This document shows positions 61,701 through 64,000 of a DNA stretch of 64,000 nt, in pieces. The translations under genes and the position numbers were made by a program. The notes under the pieces were generated by a model, which made no database searches, was not told where the DNA came from, and saw only the letters and a program-made list of their open reading frames with translations. The stretch covers positions 45,074,001 through 45,138,000 of the forward strand of contig CM060733.1 in the NCBI GenBank assembly GCA_030704615.1, given 5' to 3'. The number at the start of each line of letters is the position of its first letter. Position 1 is the stretch's first letter. The DNA is from Takakia lepidozioides. Lineage: Eukaryota; Plantae; Bryophyta.

Positions 61701-64000
61701 TCCCAAAACCCTAAGCCCTTCAAATAATCATCTCGACCCATGCGTGCTATCATTTCCACAAAATCTCCATCATGCAGACCAGAAGCTGAGCTAAGAAGTA
61801 CAATGACACCCAAGAGCCTAACTAGAGTCGGAAACACTTACTGGGCACTCTGGCATAGTCTCAACTATAAGGGAGGGTAAAATTGGGAGAACGGAATAAA
61901 AGAAGATGAATCTGAAATCTGCACAAGTGCCTTACTACTTGATCCGACTACAAAGCATTTGAACAGATCTCTATAGCTGAACGCCAAATGAACCAACACT
62001 TCTTGGAAAGGCAGTCCATCCACCTAACTGAGTAGAAAGATTTCCATTGCAATATACTATGTGGTGACTGGCCTATTGACAAAGAAGGTCACTGAAGTAA
62101 GAAGCCTGTGCTCTCTTACAGGAGGTATCAGTAGACTTGAAATTGACCCTGAAGAGGAGAGAATGGGAGTTTCCCAGATAAGTGCGCCATCTGGCAAATG
62201 CCAAGCTCTTACAGTGCATCCTCCTGACACAGTGATCACATCTGTAAACATAGATACAGTTGGATTACAGCCAGATCCAAAAAATGCAGACTCAAACTGT
62301 GTATTGCGAGCACGTCAACCCTAATGATCAGCTGAAGGATCAGGGTCTGACTAGATATACTCCTATTTACAACCCACCAAATATGTAATAACTGTAGGAT
62401 TGTGAACTAGCACAATAGGATCTGCAGGCTTCCTTTACTGAGGGAAATTTCCAAGAGTTCAATACTGAAATGTGTGTCACACTGATGTCTGGTAATATTC
62501 CCCAGTAATTGCTCATCACATCATGAAAAAGCAAGGGCTCTTCGAAGCCAGCCATGTGAATGACATGTTGATGAATCCTTACAAAATGTTGTTGAAGTAC
62601 ACATTTCTTACCAGAGGATTGATGGGAACAATGGCACTCATTAGGTGGATAGATCATCAATACATAGGAAATCCATGCACCTTAACAATTTTCTGAGATA
62701 TGGCATCACCGACCAGGGCTCAGGAAACAAACTCACATTTTCCTAATGCAAGCCCAAGTGCATCAATTGTGTCGGACTCCCCCAGTATGTGCCTCCAGTC
62801 TGTACCCCACTCCAGCAGAGCAGCCCCCATTTGTGAGAACCTTTCTGTTGAGGGTAAACTGGACAAATAGAGGATAAGGTAGACAGACGACAATGAACCA
62901 AAGACATGAGCAGAAAAACATACAGATCTCGCCAGTGCGCAGATTCAGAGATGCGATGGCATTTTCCTCAGTAGCTACAACCACACGCTTCCTTCCACTC
63001 CCTTGTGTCTGGAATACTGCATGCTTCACCCTCCCAATGTATTGCTGGTGCCTGCATTTAGTCCTCCCTTCCACCATCATGAGCAACATAGAAAGATGGA
63101 AGGAGTATGCCTCAAAACATGGTCACTGTCTCCGGCTATTAAATAAGACACTAAAGTAATCTTCTGCCTGATCTCAAATTCCTGCATGTACCCAGAACGA
63201 GAGGAGGTTTGCAGAATTCTTAGCACTCACAATGAGTTGGAAGAGTCTAAGCTCTTTACTTAATCATGATTAGGGTTTCTCTTTCTGTTGCCAAGTTTGT
63301 GTCACCTTGAGATCGATTAATACTTTCCCACCTCTTTGCAACTACAGTACACCAAGACATTCAGTTCTAAACTGTGTTGAATAATTTGGCATAATCGACC
63401 CAGCTGTCACAAATATTTCCACGTACACTACTTGTCCAAACCATGAGCTCTTAACTTGTGGAGCTTCCTGACTCTGACAAACTTCATAAAAATGACTGTA
63501 AACGGTACTAGATACATGAAAACCTAATTTGTGCTTTGTGATCCAGGAGCTCTTCATGCACAGTTCAAGCCTATATTCAAAGCCAGAAATTCCAGGACTG
63601 AGCCTGCCGACTTTGCTTATGAGATTGGCATCGTTACATTACAATCATAATGTGCACGTCACAAAGTCTGCACTTGCATGGTCTCTTCAATTGAATTTCA
63701 GAGTTTCAAGAGATCTTCCTATTTTGCCAAGTCATACCTCTCTGGCTCTTGAAACCGAGCCAGATGGAATTTACAAGTCACATCCTAGGAGGTTTGCAGC
63801 AAGCCTCGTATGTAAAGTTCACTTCGTCGTTAGCTGGCAATCACATAAGCAAGGTTTAATCCAGTAGCCGTGCAAACTCTTGTGCTTAACTTGCAACTTT
63901 ACAGGGTTTTAAGAAATCTCTGAAAGATCTACATACTAAGTCGGATTCCAATGAGGATACTAGACAAAGACAAGAGAACATACCAGTCCCAGACTCCGAC
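55800..64000 (-). CDS. EMC1: ER membrane protein complex subunit 1 (5' partial; about 12 exons visible)
   Basis: Exon end VGVWDW (63984-64000) splices to HQQYIGRVKHAVF..KRVVVATEENAIASLNLRTGEI. Also WTREDGLASI, RDHNGFRKLLLVLT, VLYKYLNKNL, VVSENWVVYHYFN and LESTCLVFAYGLDLFYTRTAPSRIYDSLTEDFSY plus a TM segment and WK*. Confidence 0.97.

Overview
Eukaryotic, intron-rich land-plant DNA; a non-seed plant such as a bryophyte is inferred from gene and TE style. Host genes: RPL29 (minus; a 2-exon copy with a frameshifted exon 2, plus a duplicated intact orphan exon 2 about 19 kb away), a small conserved single-exon ORF, a Sec14-nodulin (SFH) lipid transfer gene, an RsmE-family rRNA methyltransferase, and EMC1 (5' end runs off the window). 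There are also PAL and PPR pseudogene fragments. The rest is transposon-rich: a Gypsy integrase plus LTR, a LINE 3' end, a tRNA-derived SINE, a MITE, a TTAA-flanked piggyBac-like element and several unclassified motif-rich elements. The main finding is an 11.3-kb Mutator-like element (6995-18307, imperfect TIRs, 9-bp TSD with one mismatch). It carries a GCM-like/DDE/SWIM transposase and, divergently, a 9-exon cargo gene fusing a ParB/Srx-like domain (DGNHR) to a bacterial-type beta-class N4C/N6A DNA methyltransferase fold. Two introns of that cargo gene hold arrays of a 22-bp palindrome (TGAATGTCGTTGACGACATTCA). Together these suggest a self-contained ParB/parS-like, transposon-encoded epigenetic system. 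All calls were made by eye, with no database searches.
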